64,000 bases of DNA. It comes from Antedon mediterranea. Its lineage: Eukaryota > Animalia > Echinodermata. The notes below the pieces were generated by a model, which was not told the origin of the DNA, made no database searches, and saw nothing but the letters and a program-made list of their open reading frames with translations. Every line of letters starts with the position of its first letter. The first letter of the stretch is position 1. The stretch covers positions 21,252,795 through 21,316,794 of the forward strand of contig NC_092670.1 of the NCBI RefSeq assembly GCF_964355755.1, written 5' to 3'. Shown here piece after piece: positions 60,801 through 64,000 of this stretch. The translations under genes were made by a program, and so were the position numbers.

Positions 60801-61176
60801 CTGGATGGTGGAAGGACCTAGCTGAATCTATTGGTATGTCACTTTAAATCTCTTTACTAATTGTCAGATTGTAATTAATTATCTATTAATTTTTAAATGG
60901 GAAATACAAATCCAAAACTAGCTGAGCAAAATGAGAACATTGCAGCTCTGTTTTTTGTCATTGAATGTTTTTTGTTTAATTTAAGGGTTCAATGCTATGG
61001 ACATAGATGTGGTAGATACTCTGGCACCTAGCCTTTCCAAGTCATGGACAGAAATCGTGATCTACCATTGGGAATGCACTCGTTCTCCACAACGGATCTG
61101 TAACATTCAGGAACTTGAGAACATTGCTCGAGAAACAGGCCGGGAAGATATTCTGACCATTTTAACCGAGGAATAA
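48858..61176 (+). CDS. Adaptor gene B (paralog of A): N-myristoylation motif + PH + PTB + Tyr/Pro-rich linker + C-terminal death domain; ~459 aa
   Basis: Exons: 48858-48965, 50787-50820, 51491-51718, 51951-52166, 58433-58561, 59050-59097, 59201-59281, 59424-59598, 60142-60172, 60695-60833, 60986-61176 (1380 nt, in frame). MGSTES; IKSGFL..EKWVTF..IIFQTKNREEAHSWCEMF; LLHVTPSAVSL..LWSIRHIK; YQNA, RPPALPMK; WWKDLAESIGFNAMDIDVV..IVIYHWE..NIQELENIARETGREDILTIL. Confidence 0.8.
52817..56808 (+). mobile_element. Apparently full-length CR1/L2-group non-LTR retrotransposon in intron 4 of gene B
   Basis: ~370-nt 5'UTR (start approximate), intact ORF, ~190-nt 3'UTR ending in an (AATAA)n tail at ~56782-56808. 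Confidence 0.88.
53191..56598 (+). CDS. LINE ORF: 2A-like peptide, PHD finger, APE endonuclease, reverse transcriptase (1135 aa)
   Basis: LLVSGDIHPHPGP; CESC..CCECHHIFHIKC..WACNIC; NARS, TETW, GGGV, YRPP, GDFN, SDH; KSPGPDG, NYRPISL, QHGF, AFDRV, GVPQGSVLGP, YADD, KYLG. Confidence 0.95.
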   Translation: MTLFSCLMTLLCTLFLRSIIFQPGSFDCLVRQLSYHNENVHYNIRVGESCSLFLHTCASINNTTRKRYTSRPVRYYANHYSTFNLCLLVSGDIHPHPGPELMHRNKSQHIGNGNSTKNTCESCAKTARRNQKCLICCECHHIFHIKCIPMSSDSYVFYQDNPWACNICYLPQLSDSFFDNSLNNNNSILSLASSNTSTDSSIFETNLIQVALFNARSVVNKIEEFHARIAIDELDILIVTETWLDSSIDSTELFPDSFVVYRKDRSRHGGGVLLALKNAFKSSIVDFPTNIEVKIIEITVNNNFNVLICAVYRPPSSNDDWLNQFHDVVDFILSILHKYCGVILTGDFNYDYGVDSPLVYKKFKEIIAPLDTIQFVDFFTRVSNTKSSIIDLVLCNNPDIVCNFRSHPGLSTSDHLGVYFNINARYSKVKPVDRYYYQYSKCDHDDLFTTLGAVPWGLCLEQSDCEEMWENFKDLFLATINDCIPKVKSKKRNRPAWITQEMVTMARKKKRMLKEAHRHPHNPNKMDKYRKFSNKLRNLTKKAHLQYIRKLSVACVNGDSKRFFSYVKTRRKTGQVKNFVFNGIPLVSDIDAVNAFSTFFASNFNEPNRNFNVNHEICNCVHPDIVPLNNINITEKTIFEALLSLKPNKSPGPDGITPKMLSMSAPIIAPVLCKMFNKFLTDGFVPKDWKLANVTPIFKSGNRNDVNNYRPISLCSIIGKVFERIIADNILFHLQFFGFISPTQHGFYPGRSCVTQASALYHDWSQTMDVRQPPVIDAIFLDWEKAFDRVPHDLVIKKLHNMGVCGPLLKCLHSFLSDRFQRVVLNKEHSDWDRVGSGVPQGSVLGPLLFNLFVYDLLLNTSSVMKQYADDTVIYKPVFSRHDALTLQQDLCKISKWCEDNKMKLNAKKCKVMHITRKRNYIPHFIYTIESNPLEAVNSHKYLGINFSRDLTWSAHVNDVSMKSMRMLGFIKRFVGFNDTEILLRLFNALCRPVIEYGAPVWDPHQKQHNIAINKSLRRVTKLCVEGDFTDRLKILNLPDMVQRMKFHSIIFVVKCLHNLIDFDIFEYLTINSRYPESLTFKHMYARTNAFKYSLFVNFPRIWECIPHEVRNKVLFNFEGFRRDLKKCITDIEFI
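59650..59770. repeat. Dispersed ~120-bp repeat, second copy at ~62785-62905
   Basis: GGGAGATCCATATAAAAAAACCTAGGCCGGTCTCTCCAGGCAG...CTGTCGGCGGCGGTGCTGCTTTTTCTGGCCTAACTTT in both copies. Confidence 0.8.
60364..60570 (+). mobile_element. tRNA-derived SINE family 2
   Basis: Homologous to 26244-26480. Confidence 0.75.
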
Positions 61177-62945
61177 TGGAAACACTAGTAGCACTAGCCT
61201 GGTGGTAGACTTCTCTACATCTTGGCTTAGTTCACACTAGCTTTGAATCTGTAAAAACAAGTGGTCGAATTACCTACTGTATATAAATGTTAATGAAGCT
61301 AATCTGCAAGTAAAAAATGATATTAAATCAGCTTGAAAATATACATTGCCATTCCATTTGACAAAAGCACATACAACACACAGATATTTCGAGTATTTTT
61401 AAATAGTTTTTTGTTGTTTTTTTTTTTCATTTTATGTAACTTGATTTTGTTTTCATTTCACATTCAAGTACCAAATTTTATTTATTGTTGTAAACAGTTT
61501 ATGCTTATCCAGCTTATTAATAATTTTGCATTCATGTATACAGAGTTTGACTTTTGTTTTATCTTAGCTGCCATACTGTATGTAAAACATACGTTCTGCT
61601 TAACATATTACGTAAATACTGAGTATTTAAAGTGTGTAGAATACTCTACAGTATTTTACTGGGTATAGACAGGAGTCCATTATAATTGTATAATTTTTTG
61701 TAGTGTTTTGCTATGCGATAGGAATAGTTACGGAAGAGAATTAATGTTTCCAAATTTCAATTTTTGTTTTGTTTTCTTGGTTGCAAATGTTATATTATAC
61801 AGTATTGTTATATTGAATATTAAACAATAGAAATGTTAAACCATATTCATAGTATATAGGCCTAACTATTTGTATATATAAATACGTAAAAGTTTATAGA
61901 AGAAAGTACAGTATATAATCAGTAATTTAAAACAAATATTTTATGTATATATTATGTAACATCACCAAATTAAAATAATTTTTTGGACATTTTCGTGACA
62001 TTTTTATACAGAATTGAAAATATGCATTCCAATGTAAATTGATTCTATGAAAAAATGTCACACTGTTGATTAGACTAACAATAATAATCAAAAGAAAAGT
62101 GTTGAAGAAGCATTCTATCTGAACAGCAATGGCAGGACAAGTAAAAATATACAAAAAACTAGATGGGGAAAACAACCATACAGACTCGGGCAAGTCTAAT
62201 GTTGGACATACGTAAATTAATTTCAATCCATTCCATGATTTGTATTTTTAAAAACCAAGATCTAATGTGTTTTTTTTAAATAAAAGAATATTTTATAAAG
62301 AAAGCTATTGACTGATTGCTATTGTGGTTAGGTTTGTACACTATGGCTAATTATCCAGCGACCATCGACAACCATAAGACCAAACGTTACCTTATGACAT
62401 TTATAATCATTATACAGTATACATTTAAAATGTTACCAAAAAGCTCAAACCGTAGCTGAATCAGTGCCGGTTTGTTGTTTGTTATGAGCGATGCGGTTGA
62501 ATAATCACGAAAATAAGATCTATTGGAGAGGTAAGTAAAATCTTTTTGACCAATCAGATTTCTTATTTGGAACTGCCAAACTTTGAAACGGATCCATCCA
62601 ATGTATTTCCAGTTTTTCCACCAACGCCGCTTCCGTCGTTTGTTTATTTTTTTCTGAAATGAGGGTCGCAATTCCTCAAAAGTTAGATTAGGCCTACTGG
62701 GCTAGATTCAATAAATATACGTCTTATTAGTTTTCGTAAGTACACCCATTACGTTGAAATGTTTTTACCCTCATCATATTGTAAGGGAGATCCATATAAA
62801 AAAACCTAGGCCGGTCTCTCCAGGCAGGAGTTTCAAAGTCTCCTCGCACTGTCGGCGGCGGTGCTGCTTTTTCTGGCCTAACTTTGTGCCTGCTGCCCTC
62901 TAGCCTAAATACTAGGCCTAGCAGGTATTAGATGATTGATTAGGG

Positions 62946-63665
62946 TTTTTAGTCGCGTGGACGCGACTCTATAGTTCACTATGTCGGTCGGTCTGTCTGT
63001 CTGTCGGTCCGGTATCACTATGCGTTTTATCGCTTTCTGACCTTATCTTGATATATCAGTTTAATCCAGCTAAGTCAATTTTTCACAGTATATTCGTTAT
63101 GGCCAGGAATCGATGTGGTTATGTTTTCACGGTGCGCAATGAAAAATTACGCGGTCTACGCACGATTTAACGAAATCACGTTTGTAATCATATCTTCACA
63201 ACCATGAATCACAATTAAATGAAATTTGGTACTCATAAATTTCAGGGCATAAATCATCATATGGCAATACAATTACGTGCGTAGCGCATGTAACGCATGC
63301 GTACGCGCGGTTAAAATTTTCAAAATTTATTTTCGATGAAATAAGAGTACGTTTCAGGCAATTTTAAGCTTTTACAAAATTGCCATGAGTGCGCATATTT
63401 TTGCGCGCGCACTGCGCGTTAAATGTTATTGCGCACTCTTTTTGCCCGATTTCTGTTTTCTTGACTTACTTTTCAACTCGAAATTACGTTATACGAGCAC
63501 GTCAAAAGTGACAGGCTACGCACGTGTAAATTAAAAAAATATAAATGTTTTTAAACATTTCAACATTTTTAAACATGTTCAGTAATTTCGGTCAGTTGGT
63601 AGGTTGGTCCGTCGGTCGGTAAACACTAATGAGCACGCGACTGCAGCCATCTATATGGCCTTGTT
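62946..63665 (+). mobile_element. Helentron-associated interspersed element (HINE/DINE-like)
   Basis: TTTTT-AGTCGCGTG start with internal ACGCGACT, (GTCG/GTCT)n microsatellite, terminal CACGCGACT, hairpin GCCAT..ATGGC, then CTTGTT. Confidence 0.7.
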
Positions 63666-63896
63666 TGTAGTAGTACTTTCGAACACCAAGCAATTAAAAT
63701 GAAGTGTTTGTAAGTTGTAGGACTTTTAATTTTACATATTTTATTTTATAGGTAGGCCTACATTAACAATAGATTAGGGATAGGCTTGGGCCTATATATA
63801 GGAGACTAAGGCTAAGGAGGCCTACTAGGGCCTAGGCCTAATATTTCTTGATTGATGTGATTTTTTTATTTTGCAGTTATCGAACAGTTTCAAATA

Positions 63897-63966
63897 ATGT
63901 CAAAATTGTTGGTTTTGCGAATGTTAAAAAAATCAGCGTGTTTGCAGAATTCAACATCTAATCGAT
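63897..63966 (+). CDS. First coding exon of a gene continuing beyond the window; mitochondrial presequence-like N-terminus (MSKLLVLRMLKKSACLQNSTSNR)
   Basis: Acceptor TTTTGCAG at 63876, ATG 63897, donor GTGAGT at 63967; upstream donor GAG|GTAAGT at 62530; peptide is R/K/S/L-rich with no acidic residues. Confidence 0.5.
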
Positions 63967-64000
63967 GTGAGTTTCATGAAAATATATTGCTATGTAAAAG

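Noticed and set aside
62387-62671. 94-aa minus-strand ORF with basic/Trp-rich N-terminus
   Set aside because: No recognisable homology; overlaps a probable plus-strand 5'UTR exon and intron.

Overview
AT-rich, intron-rich invertebrate animal genomic DNA; Deu-domain-like SINE remnants suggest a deuterostome such as an echinoderm (inference). Gene models were assembled by hand from splice sites, and each closes in frame. In order: a PLAAT/HRASLS-like gene (-); SLC26A11 (+, 14 coding exons); ARL16 (-, 5 exons, missed by the ORF track, first intron a U12-type AT-AC intron) head-to-head with HGS/Hrs (+, 16 exons plus a candidate 15-nt microexon); two tandem paralogous adaptor genes with an unusual PH + IRS/Dok-type PTB + Tyr/Pro-rich linker + C-terminal MyD88/IRAK-like death-domain architecture (the main candidate novelty); and the first coding exon of a further gene with a mitochondrial-presequence-like N-terminus. 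Mobile and repetitive DNA includes an intact single-ORF CR1/L2-group LINE (2A-like peptide, PHD, APE, RT), a 2.8-kb foldback palindrome with a 4-bp TSD, many MITEs, three tRNA-derived SINE families, Helentron-like HINEs, a Penelope-type minimal hammerhead ribozyme and several minisatellites. All family assignments come from motif recognition, not database searches.
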